Shown one piece after another: positions 13,749-25,850 of a stretch of 64,000 bases of DNA (position 1 is its first letter; every line of letters starts with the position of its first letter). Source of the stretch: Squalus acanthias (lineage: Eukaryota). The stretch spans positions 11,408,001 to 11,472,000 of the forward strand of contig CM059442.1 of assembly GCA_030390025.1 (NCBI GenBank). The letters are read 5' to 3'. The position numbers and the translations under genes are program-made. The notes beneath the pieces are model-generated. The model saw nothing but the letters and a program-made list of their open reading frames with translations, was not told the origin of the DNA and made no database searches.

Positions 13749-13849
13749 ATTACATTTACATGATCACAATTTGTGTGATATATTAAGAAGTGGTATGTAT
13801 TGTTAGCTGTCTTTTGAAATGCTTATTTCAGAATTTTCTCACCTGCCCC

Positions 13850-14389
13850 CTTATAACAAAAATGAGAAGTCGCACAACACCAGGTTATAGTCCAACAGTT
13901 TTATTTAAAATTACGAGCTTTCGGAGCTGCTGCCCCTTCGTCAGGTAAAGGTACAGTGAGGGAATCTATTACACCATATATATACACAGAGAACAATGTG
14001 TCTGCAGAGATACAATCTGTTAGGGAGGCATTACATCAAAGACACATCAGAGTACAGCTAAGACAATGAGGTGGGTCACAGGGGGTCCAACGTGTCAAAT
14101 GCAGTTAAGCTTTTAACTTTTTTGGGGGGGGGGGTTTTTGGGGGGTTTTTTAAAACTGGAAAGACAGACAACGATGTTGAGTCACGTTCTGTAGCGTGAC
14201 ATGAACCCGAGATCCCTATTGAGGCCGTCCTCATGGGTGCGGAACTTGGCTATCAGTTTCTGCTCGATGATTTTGCGTTGTCGTGTGTCTCGAAGGCCGC
14301 CTTGGAGAACGCTTACCCGAAGATCCGAGGCTGAATGTCCTTGACTGCTGAAGTGTTCCCTGACTGGGAGGTAACAATCTTATAACAAA
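13850..14389 (-). mobile_element. Penelope-like element (Neptune type), 5'-truncated, with an 11-bp TSD
   Basis: Same family as 27688-29067. Has the GIY-YIG C-terminus (...EQKLIAKFRTHEDGLNRD...) and pLTR. TSD cttataacaaa at 13850-13860 and 14379-14389. Confidence 0.88.
13911..13948 (-). ncRNA. Minimal type I hammerhead ribozyme (PLE pLTR)
   Basis: Minus strand reads ttac-CTGACGA-a-ggggc-agca-gctcc-GAAA-gctc-gtaa. Stem I is ttac/gtaa and stem II is intact with one G-U pair. Confidence 0.75.
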
Positions 14390-14789
14390 GGTCTTTCTTC
14401 CAAGAACAATTTAAACATTCAGATCACATATAACTTTCCATGATGTAAATGTCTTCTTACAATTAAAGCAAGGTGGCACTTTCCAACTTCCAGCAAAGCA
14501 GCTTATGCAATCAGTATTTTGTGATATCTAAGCTATCCAAAATCTTTTAAAGGCTTTGAGCAAATCATGACCTGAGGATTTAAATATATGTCTCAAGTGC
14601 TGCAGGTTCAAAATGGTCCTGTGATCTATTACTAAGACCAGTGAGCCTCTGCAGACTAGGAGATTGAATATTTCCACATTCCTTACTGGCCCAAACTATC
14701 ACTGGTGTAGTATTGCCAGAATGTCCTCACAACAGACACTCATTAAAAGGAGAACTTTATGAACATAAGTATTCATATCAGGAAGTGGG

Positions 14790-14915
14790 ACATGTGTGCC
14801 TAATATTTTCCTACATTACAACAGTGACTACACTTCAAAAAGTGCTTCATTGGCTGTAAAGTGCTTTGGGACGACTGGTAGTTGTGAAAGGCACTATATA
14901 AATGCAAGTGTTCTT
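14790..14915 (+). mobile_element. DeuSINE 3' fragment
   Basis: cctacattacaacagtgactacacttcaaaaagt...gaaaggcactatataaatgcaagt. Confidence 0.8.
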
Positions 14916-17900
14916 TTTAATATTTGGAAGGTTGGTTAAACAAGCTTAGTCATCAGATATTCTTTGTAAGTCTAGGAGCACAACTATCAGCGTCCTCTAA
15001 TGAGGATTCTACTGAGAGAGAATTTGGCACTTCCTAATATTTAGGGCTCCTTTTAGGGTACCACTTGTTTGTGCTAGAAATGTGCCTTACCATGTTACTT
15101 CTGTCTCTGCTTCTTGGCCAATTTATAGTCTGATTCCTGAACTTGGAGAGACATATGATGCATTGAAGCACTAGTGCAACAATGGACGCACAGAAAAATG
15201 TGCTGTGGCGACTTATGAGGGGGAGCTCCAAGAAGGACGAAAAGGTTAAATCCTGTGCAAATTTAGGATGGTAAGTGGGCACAGGGGCCAAAATGCTGTC
15301 CGTCTATCATCAATGATTGACAAGCGTGCAATTTGTCTGCCTGTGTTTCGCAGCCTTGATAGTACCATTGTGATCCAGCCTCGTCTCCAGGGCAAGTCTT
15401 CCACCAGTACCACTTTGGATCAATCGGTGGCAGTATAAGCTTGCATTGTGGCCCAAACCTCCCCCCCCAACCCCCGAAACTAGAAAACCATTACTGCCAG
15501 TTATCTCACCCCTAGTTGCTGCTGCAGCCTCTCTTTACTGCCCGTCATCCCTCCTTGCTGCTATTTGGTCAAAAATACGTCCACACATGCTCACTCATGC
15601 TTCAAATATTTAATCATTAATTAATATGTATGCACTAAACACAATACAGTACTTGGCTACATAACTGGTAAGAGCCATTTAATCCTTTGCCGATTTGATT
15701 ATTGACCTTGAATTATGACACTGTCTGAACATATTTTCCACAGGGAAAAAATAGGCAGTGGAGTGCGTATTGAGTGGTACAAAGTATTAAGAGAAAACTT
15801 GCATTACTTTCTCCGTTCACACAGGAAATTGTTCTCCTCCATATGATGGAAAGTTTCCATTTCCTGTCATTTGTGGGGGAGCCAGCTTTCAAAAGAGTAA
15901 ACGAAATTTCAAGCACTGTAAACAGTAGCTGGCAGTTTTAGGGTGGTGTTTTCTTAATGTTAATCAAAACTATGAGAATTTTTAGCAATTTCACTTCATG
16001 TGTTAATTGATTTTTTTCTACATAAATGTATCCTTCCAATCTAAACAATCATTCAATCTAATCAATCATCACGCCAATAGACAGATTAATATGTGTTCGC
16101 AATGTATCAACAACATTACTGTATTCAGTGTAAAACATTACATGTCATGCCATGTGTGACGTGTCAATAGCAATGGTGTAACATTGCTATTGGCTTTACT
16201 TTTAATTAACTGAACAGATGTGCCTGACCATACTGTAGCTGATAGCTCCCACCTACAAGACAGCCACTGTTCCCACACACACATGAATTACCAATTAAGC
16301 ATTTGAAAAGACTGGACCATAAAGTTGCATGACAGGGTCTCAGTGAGAACCACTCCACCTGCTGTACAATTAAGAGCTCTCTCTTTCTCTTTTACATATT
16401 CTTATCTTCCAACACTAGCAAAAACAAGTTGTTTTTTTAAATGACAAAACCTTTCACCTGGCAGAGATAGCCGATACTACTGGAAGTAGGCTTGCACTGA
16501 CTGGTGTGACTAGTTTACCAATTTCTGTCTTTTAGTTCTGACTGAGTTGACTTACGCATATGCTATTAATGTTATGAATCCCCATCTACATGTTCCGTAA
16601 GGGTACATTTACACAGTTAGTTTAGTGTCGGAGCTAAACTATTCTTACTTTGTGCCAACAGGAGAGCGACAGTGTAAATCCACAGTCAGGGCCCAACCTG
16701 TGGTGTAAATTCAGTGCTGTATCAAACCTGGTTTACACAGTTGAATTGAACCCCTGGGCACTTTTAAAATGTATTTTACCTTGATTTAAATATTTAGAGA
16801 GCAGGGATTTCCAACCCACCCCCTCATCCTTGCTCCCTAAACATTAGAATAAATGCCTAAATATGGAAAGGACCTCTGTGCATGCATGTATCCAGACATG
16901 GGCAGAGCTCTGTGTCTGAGGGCAGGACAGTTGTTTCATCTGGGCAGGAGCAAAGCAGCGTATACAGGGTTGTGTCTGGCTGGAACATGAACTGCAGACC
17001 AGTACCTATAGTGTAATGCAGCCTAAGTATACGGCTGTTTGTGTTCTGTGAGTTCTCTAAGTTTACCACCATCGGTATAATCTTGCACATTGCCTGAAGT
17101 GTCCATTCTCTGCAGTAGAGGAGTATATTTTCTTGCATAATCAAAAGGATGTTTTAGAGAAACCTGTACTCAATAGTTTTAAATAAAGCATCAAAAATAT
17201 TGTCATCTGTGCTGCTGTCGACATGACCATTTGATTGAGTACGTTCCCCTCCCAGACTTTTTAAATTGTATTTGTTGATCCATTAAGTAAAATAAAGAAA
17301 CAGTTAGTATTGGCACAATTATGATTTTTTTTGCAAACTTGCAATGGTTTGCATCAATCTCCCACAAATATAACTTGCGGCATGAGTCTTCTGAGGAAGC
17401 TCATCTTCTGGTATCCAGAAAAAAGGCTGTGCAATATGCAAACGGCTTTCAAAGTAAATAAGTTTTAGGGTGTGTGTATGTAGTGTTCATAACCCAGATA
17501 TTTCTCAAATTCATTGCAAATTTCCAAAGCATTGGCTCACACCATAACCATTTGACTGAATTAATTTACTTGCTCAACTTTGAAGTGGTGACCAGATCTA
17601 GTCATTTTGTGCAGATGTTTTTAATCAATTTCAGAGTTCTCTATATAGTTGCAACATGTGTTGAAATGTGTTATGAATATTGAGGTACAAGAATATCAAA
17701 AATTTGCCTGGTTTGGGGGAAGTGCATGAGAACGGTGCTGATTGAGCAATTAAAGAATGAGGCAGCCATCCAGAGAAAAGACCTGATGGGAAGTGACAAT
17801 GTAGGTTGTTCATATTTGAGGCTTTGGGATCATTTGAGATGCATTGTAAACTGAGAATTTGTTTCACAGCTGTGTGTGTGGTAACTTAAGCTCTTGTTTA

Positions 17901-18294
17901 CACAGGCAAATTTGAAGATTAATTAACTGAGTGCTTAAAGACTTTTCCAACTTTCAAGATGTGCAAGTAATCTTGGCAAAGCAGATTTGCTGTAAATTAG
18001 TAAAGATGAATGTTGTTAAGTATAATTAAATGCAATTATGGAATGAAAGAACATTTCTTTTCAAAGTTCTTTTGAAAATTATTGCAGTGTTTTTGACTCG
18101 AGAGCAGGAATAATGCTGCAGCTCTCGGTGGGTGAATTCTATTTCTGCTTCGGATTTTGGATTTTCTCCTGAGACGAGAGGAGGGAGGAGAGAGAAACTC
18201 TGAACACAATAGCAACAAATGATGAACACAGATCTGTGCTTACTGTCAAGTTCAAACAGTAATGCCTGCTCCATTTCCACTTGAATTCATGGGA

Positions 18295-18556
18295 AAGAAG
18301 GAACTTGCATCTACATGGTGCTATTGGCTGCCTCGGGAGGGCCCAAACACACAGCCAGTGAAGTACTCTTGAAATGCAATCACTGTTGTAATGTAGCAAA
18401 CACCGCTGCCAATTTGTGCACAGCAAGGTCCCACACACAGCAATGAGATAATAACCAGATCATCATCTGTTTTTAATGATGCTGGTTGAAGGGTAAATGT
18501 TGGCCAGGACACCGAGAACTCCCCTGCTCTTCAAAATAGTGCCATGGGGTCTTTTG
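18295..18556 (-). mobile_element. DeuSINE 3' half
   Basis: Matches the other copies (ttggccaggacacc...cccctgctcttc...aaatagtgccatggg). Confidence 0.8.
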
Positions 18557-20624
18557 CGATATTGTCATATCAGTGAATCCTGGTGGATTAAATTTTTAAC
18601 ATTCAAAATCAGGAGGATAACATTTCTTCAGTCACTTCTCGTAATGCTCATTGCTGTAATGCAGCCATTAAGCAGTCCGCTTGTCAGCCAGTTACTATAT
18701 CCAAGGCAGGACAACAAAATGTTCACACCAACTTGTGCATCCTGCATATCCAAAGATCCATACATAAATGTACAGTGACACATTTTACAAGCCTTGTACT
18801 CAATGCAACAAACTGCTCTAACCAGTAAAGCCTAATAACCCAACTGCTAATTCCATCCAATTATACTAATCACATGTCTCATTGTCTCTCACAAAAGTAC
18901 ATGTTCTAGTGCAAAAATCTTTGACAGGTAGGAAAGAGTCAAATCTGTAAGCAAAATTGCCATGTTAGTTACTTTCAAGGGGAGAATGTTGTATAAATCA
19001 ATGTTAATATTGATTATAACAATATCAAGATAGACACATAGAAACCGATTTAGAATTAGCTTGGCAGAAAAAAACTGATTTACCTGAATTGTTAATACAG
19101 TCCGTTCCTATTAATTCAAAGTCCTTTTTGCTTGGAAAAAAATTAAATTATCCAGTAGTTTGAAATGTGCAATTTTTAATAAGCCAACAGGAGCCATTTT
19201 TTGTTGCACGATTTCAATTCAATTCAACTTCAGCAACTTAAGAGGCATAGATGGATGTCATTTTCATGCTGGAACATTTCAGTGATCATTTCTCCATAAC
19301 AAATTTGTTTAGTAAGCAGATTGTAAAACTGGATTCCAACTTTGTGTAAGATCTTTACAATCAAACATGACGTGACCCCTGAGAACAGGAGAAAATGGGA
19401 GTTTTCATATCTCTTCTCAAATCTATAAATATGCTTTTAAATTAACTGTCCTTCTAATATTTAATTATTCAAAAGTTGTTTAAATCTTTGAAATCCAGCT
19501 TTATTTCATTTTCTGGCATTTGTTATCCTTTGATGCACAATTAGGTTGAAGGTTTTGTTGTGAAGAATGTAACTACTGTTGAATATTGTGTTTTGATGTG
19601 GCATGCTAGTTTACTGCAGTTTTTGTGTGTGTGTGTGTTGGATAAAGAACGAGGAATATAGGTGTGTGACCCAGTAGTTTTGCACTACAGCTCAAAGTAA
19701 AAGATTATTTTGAACCTTGGGGCAACTCTTGGCTTTTAATAATTCTTCGTTGACCACCGTGGCCTGCTTTCAAGTTAATGAACCTGGCATTCTAACCTTC
19801 CCATTCTTTGATCAGGGTGACAGCTGTAGAAGGTTAGAGGAAAAGTGAAGTCAGCCCTAGTCCATAGTTCCAGCCAGGCAATGGAATGATTTTTCATCCA
19901 GCACAGCAGTTATCGCCTTGAGATACAGGTGCAGACAATTAATAGCCACGGTCTTTGACAACAGGTAGCTGGGAGGCAAATGGCTGAACTAGTGGACTGG
20001 AGTGAAGGAAATGTTTAAAAGAATGGTCAGAATCTGACAATCCTGCCTTGGGACAAAAGGGGAGTGTCTCTCCATATTTTTCTTTCAAGCACTGATTATT
20101 CCCTAACCTTTTGCCATCTATTGATGTGTAATTATACAGTACAATTGTTTGCATTCAGATTTTTTTTTCTTCCTCTCTAATTTTCTTTTTCTCTCTCCCA
20201 TACTCACTCCTGTTGTCAGCCCTCATTTTTCTCTGCTTCCCCCGCGTTAGACACCTTCACAAGAATGTGCACCATTTTCCAGCCAAAAGGACGACGTGCT
20301 CGGAGAGTTTTGCTTGTGCTGCTCGAAGCAGTTGCCAGGAGGTGCACAATGTAAGCTGAGGTTCAGTTTCCCTTGGTTATTTCCCCCCTCACTGATGGTG
20401 AAGCAGTGCACCTCACTTAGAACTTAGCAGCGTAGAATATTGTGGATGCAGATTTATGTCCTACCTGTTTGGGACTGACAGGAGTTTAAAACAGTCTTGA
20501 AAATCTTTTCTAGACTATAACACTGTGAATCAGTGAATCAAGAATACTGAATTATCTGTGGGGAATTGTTCAGTTGACTATTCCTAAATTGATGGACCTG
20601 AGAGCTGTTGTATAGTACATAATA

Positions 20625-21070
20625 GAAAGAAAATAAAGACTTACATTTATGTAGCGCCTTTCACAACTTCAGGATATCTGAAAGCACTTTGCAACAAATG
20701 AAATACTTTTCAAGTGCAGTCACTATTGTAACGTAGGAAACATGGCAGCCAATCTGAGCACCGTAAGGTCCCAAAAACAGCAATGTGATAATGACCAGAT
20801 AATCTGTTTGTGATATTAGCTGTCGGATAAATATTGGCCAGGACACCGAGGAGAACTCCCCTGCTCATCCTCTAAATAGTGCCATGGGATTTTTACATCC
20901 ACCTGAGAGGGCAGGCGGGGCCTCGGTTTAATGTCGTATCTGAAAGACGGCACCTCCGACAGTGCAGCACTCCCTCAGTACTACACTGGGAGTGCTCGAG
21001 TGTCTGGAGTGGGACCTGAACCCACAACTTTCTGTTTGAGGCAAGAGTTCTACCACTGAGCCATGGCTGA
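20625..21070 (-). mobile_element. Near full-length DeuSINE (SacSINE1-like)
   Basis: tRNA head, Deu domain (gagggagtgctgcactgtcggaggtgccgtctttcagat...aaaccgaggcccc...ctctcaggtggatgtaaaaatcccatggcactatt on the minus strand) and an L2-type tail. Confidence 0.85.
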
Positions 21071-21495
21071 AAGGATAGCTTATGTTGGAACAAGATGGAA
21101 ATTGCGGAGTGGAAGGAGTGCTGGTTTATGATCTCTTGTTAATTAGAATTAAAGAAATGTGCACAAATCACAGGATGTTTTAATCCTACACTCAACTGTG
21201 AGTAAATCAAAGGGTTGAAAAGAGCTGAGAATCTCAGGACTTTGGAAGCACAGTTAGCACACATTTGCCCCCAGTTTGAATCCAGCCCATAATGATGAGA
21301 TGGGAGTCTGTTCTCTGTACCTGTTGTAAGGGGTCGTTAGTGAAATAATAATGATTGTATTGCTCAATCCAAGAAGTCAGCAGCACCAACAGGACATTCT
21401 GTATTGTCTGTGGATTGCTATTTTGTGCTGGTTCTCAGAACCCTGCCTAATGCTTTACGCCTTTTTAATAATTATGAAAGATCGAAAGATTGGGT

Positions 21496-23411
21496 AGATA
21501 GAATCATAGAAAGTTCCAGCACGGAAGGAGGCCATTTCGGCCCATCGTGTACGCGCTGGCCAACAAAGAGCTATCCAGACTAATCCCACTTCCCAGCTCT
21601 TGGTCCGTAGCCCTGCAGGTTACAGCATCCCAAGTGCACATCCAAGTACTTTTTAAATGTGGTTAGGGTTCCTGCCTCTACCACCCTTTCAGGCAGTGAG
21701 TTCCAGACCCCCACAACCCTCTGGGTGAAGACATTTCCCCTCAAGTCCCCTCTAAACCTTCCCCCAATTACTTTAAATCTGTGCCCCCTGGTTTTTGACC
21801 CCTCTGCTAAGGGAAATAGGTCCTTTCTATCCACTTTATCTATGCCCCTCATAATTTTATACACCTCAATAAGCTCTCCCCTCAGCCTCCTCTGTTCCAA
21901 GGAAAACAGACCCAGCCTATCCAGTCTTTCCTCATAGTTAAGATTCTCTACTCCCGGCAACATCCTTGTAAATCTCCTCTGTACCCTCTCTAGTGCAATC
22001 ACATCTTTCCTGTAATGTGGTGACCAGAACTGCATGCAGTACTCTAGCTGAGGCCTAACTAGTGTTTTATACAGTTGAAGCATAACCCCCCTGCTCTTGT
22101 ATTCTATGCCACGGCTAATAAAGGCAAGCATTCCGTATGCCTTCTTAACCACCTTATCTACTTGGCCTGCTACCTTCAGGGATCTGTGGACATGCACTCC
22201 AAGGTCCCTTTGTTCCTCTACACTACTCAGTGTCCTACCATTTAATGTGTATTCCTTTTCCTTGTTAGCCCTCCCCAAATGCATTACCCCTCACTTCTCC
22301 GGATTGAATTCCATTTGCCACTGTTCTGCCCACCTGACCAATTTATTGATATCTTCCTGCAGTCTACAGCTTCCTTCTTCAGTATCAACCACACAGCCAA
22401 TTTTAGTATCATCTGCAAACTTCTTAATCATACCCCCTATATTCAAGTCAAGATCGTTGATATATACCACAAAAAGCAAGGGACCTAGTACTGAGCCTTG
22501 CAGAACCCCACTGGACACAGCCTTCCAGTCACAAACACCCATCAACCATTACCCTCTGCTTCCTGTCTCCGAGCCAGTTTTGAATCCAACTTGATACTTT
22601 GCCCTGGATCCCATGGGTTTTTAACTTCGTGACCAGTCTGCCATGTGGAACCTTATCAAAAGCCTTGCTAAAGTCCATATACGCTACATCAAATGCACTA
22701 CCCTCCTTGTTACCTCCTCAAAAAATTCAATCAAGTTTGTCAGACACAACCTTCCCTTAACAAATCCGTGCTGACTATCCTTGATTAATTCGTGTCTTTC
22801 TAAATGAAGATTTATCCTGTCCTTCAGAATTTTTTCCAATAATTTTCCCACCACCGAGGTTAGGCTGACTGGCCTGTAATTACTCGGTCTATCCTTTTCT
22901 CCCTTTTTAAACAAGGGTTCCACATTAGCAGTCCTCCGGCACCACACCTGAAGCCAGAGAGGATTGGAAAATGATGGTCAGGACCTCTGCTATTTCCTCT
23001 TTTGCTTCACTTAACAGCCTGGGATACATTTCATCCGGGCCTGGGGATTTATCCACTTTTAAAGCTGCTAAACCCCTTAATACTTCCTCTCTCACTATGT
23101 TTATTTCATCTAATATTTCACACTCCTCCCCCCCGATAGCAATGTCTGCTTTGCCCCTCTCCTTTGTGAAAACAGACGCAAAGTATTCATTAAGAACCCT
23201 ACCGACGTCTCCCGCCTCCACACACAGATTACCCTCATAATCTCTAATAAGCCCTCCCCTTTCTTTAGTTATCCTCTTACTCTTAATATATTTATAAAAC
23301 ATCTTTGGGTTTTCCTTGATTTTACTTCCCAATAATTTTTCATGCTCTGTCTTTGCTTTCCTAATATTTTTAATTGCACCCCTGCACTTTCTGTACTCCT
23401 CTAAAGATAGA
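21496..23411 (-). mobile_element. CR1 LINE, 5'-truncated (~1.9 kb), ORF2 disrupted
   Basis: ORF fragments give KSPGPDEMYPRLL, SNYRPVSLTSVVGKLLE, SQHGF, QGSVLGPLLF, KFADDTK and LYKTLVRPQLEYC. Possible TSD agataga at 21496-21502 and 23405-23411. Confidence 0.95.
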
Positions 23412-23707
23412 GAGAAACTTTTTCCACTGATGGGAGGAGTCTAGGACAAGGGGACACAACCTTAAAATCAGAGCCAGGCCATTGAGTAGAGAAGTTAGGA
23501 AACACTTCTTCACGCAAAGGGTGGTAGATGTGTGGAACTCTGTCCCAGAAAAAGCAGTAGATGCTAGCTCACTGAATAATTTTAAAACTGAGATAGTTAC
23601 ATTTTTGCTCGACAAGGATATAAATGGATATTGGAGGCAAGGCGGGTGGATCTGATTGAATGGCAGAATAGACTCGAGGGGCTGAATGGCCGCCTCCTGT
23701 TCCTATG
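23412..23707 (+). mobile_element. Older CR1 3' fragment (host of the preceding insertion)
   Basis: Encodes EKLFPL...SRTRGHNLKIRARPLSREVRKHFFTQRVV, with the 3' stem ggggctgaatggcc...cctgttcctatg. Confidence 0.85.
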
Positions 23708-24474
23708 CAAGTCAGAAGTCATGGATTTTTACAATTATTAACTTGCAATTTATTCAGAATGGTCTTAGTTACTACCAGCGCTTTCAAAAGCAGTTCTGTC
23801 TTCATCGGATTCACTGCAGGAGTTGCTGCCTCCTGGTGTTAAAAACCTGGGGTACTTTGTTTAAAAGTTTTCACGATGCAGAGCATTTTTAAGTTCTCTT
23901 TTTCAGTAATTGCTGCACATACAGGAAAGGGGGCTTACTGAAAATCAGACTACTGTTATGTGGGTAACTGGTCAATTTTTCTGTAAACCACTGAGTCGTT
24001 TGTATCACATATTCAGTGATTTTTGTTAGCTTATTTGTTCAAGAAAATAAGGACAATATTAAATGTGGCCTTATTATTTCAGGGTACTCCAGCACAGGAG
24101 GCTGCTGCATGGTTTGCTGCACAGTAGTAGTATGGCTGGCAGTTAGGGAATTCAGTTTCGACGTGAGCTTGTCTGTGCATATTGAAACCATGAATGGTGC
24201 TAGGAAAGGTTTTCATTGTGTTGGTGTAATTTATAATCACAGAGCCGCAAAACATTAAACGGAGGATCCTGCACTGTCTGAGTGCTGCAGTCTGTTATTT
24301 ATAGTGGAAGGAGGAGAGTTTAAAACCCATTGTCGGGTTTGTGGGTGCAAGTGCCCCACAATTTCAAGCCTCTAAAAAAAAAAAAATTGCAAGGTTGGTG
24401 TGCATCTGAAAAAAATCAGCAATATTTAATCCAGGTGTGTGCTTTGAAGCTTCCTATTGTAAATCCATTTCTTA

Positions 24475-24830
24475 CAAAGAAATAACTTGCATTTATATAG
24501 CGCTTTTCATGTCCTCAGTAACCGCCCCACCAAAGCTCTCAACAGGCAATAAAGTACTTTTGAAGTGTAGTCACTGTTGTAATGTAAGGAAATACAGCAG
24601 CCAAATTACGCACCGAAAGATCCCACAAACAGCGATGAAATAAATGGCCATATAATCTGCTTTAGAGGTGTTGGTTGAGGGATCAATGTTGGCCAGGACA
24701 AACAAAAAAAAAACACCTGCTCTTCTCTAAATCGTGCCTTTTACGTCCACTTGAACAGGCAGATGGGGCTTCAGTTTAATATCTCGTGTGACAGACCTCC
24801 TTGAAACTGCAATGAAATGTCAGACGTGGC
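24475..24830 (-). mobile_element. DeuSINE, degenerate
   Basis: acttgcatttatatagcgc...gaagtgtagtcactgttgtaatgtagg...ggccaggaca. Confidence 0.8.
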
Positions 24831-25142
24831 TCCTTCTGAGCACTATCTTATGTGAACGCTAATTGAATTCTCATTTTATTAAACTTGTGGGTTGCACCAG
24901 GGTTGTGTTTGTGAATTTTCATTATTAAGTTCCTGCACTTGCCTTCAGTGTGTACTGAAAACACGAGGCCTGCTGAATATGTTGCATTGATTTTTGCCTC
25001 ATTTGAGGAGGGTGACTATGATTGTCACTATTTACCACCCTGCCTATGCTTTTCATATATAGGATAACAATTATTTTTACCCCTGCAGCTTGCAACCTGA
25101 CAATGACACTTGCACTGGATTTATTTTGTCCTTTGTTTCTAG

Positions 25143-25375
25143 TGGAACGTCCTGGACTCGGATGCCGAGAGCTGGTGTTTCGGAACTTGTCCAAAGTTTT
25201 GCCAGCCGTTAGCCGAGACATTACTGACTGGGTTCCTGCAACACGGGTTAAAGCATCCCAGCTCCTGATTGTGCTGCTGCTCCATGCCGAGGATCACATC
25301 ACGCAGCACATGGAGCTGCTGCTCAGTACCTTGTATCGGTCATGTTCAGATGAGGAGACACCCGTGGTTCAGAAC
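25143..25375 (+). CDS. DNAAF5: DNAAF5 coding exon (probably exon 5), 233 nt
   Basis: Encodes [77 protein letters not shown], the conserved HEATR2 block. Acceptor ctttgtttctAG, donor GTatgt. Confidence 0.96.
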
Positions 25376-25619
25376 GTATGTATCTGCCTTCTGTTGCTGT
25401 CACGCACAAGCAATATTTCAGTGAGCATCCATGAGCATTTCATACCGAGATCTCGAAAAGGCTTCTGACCCTTTTACTAATGTGTTTAAATAATGAAACT
25501 CCAAACTTTTCAACTTTGCAAAAATGAGCCTCTATATGCATATAACGTACCTGCAGAAGTTACATTCAGTAAAACGTCCAGTGATAAATCTTATCAAGTG
25601 AAACTGGAGAAAAATGCCT

Positions 25620-25850
25620 AGAATCATTTATATAGCACCTTAAACGTCCCATGGCACTTCACAGGAGCTTTTATCAAACAAAATTTGACACAAGCCACAT
25701 AAAGAGATATTAAGACAGATGAGGTAGGTTTTAAGGAGCATCTTAAAGGAGGTAGAGAGGCGGAGAGGTTCAGGGAGGGAATTCCAGAGCTCGGTTTAGG
25801 CAGCTGAAGGTACGATCGCCAATGGTGGGGCGAAGGAAATCGGGGATACT
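25620..25850 (-). mobile_element. L2-type LINE 3' end
   Basis: aggttttaaggagcatcttaaaggag...gggagggaattccagagc (minus strand LWNSLP...FKMLLKTYL), with a gctatataaatg tail shared with the DeuSINEs. Confidence 0.7.
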
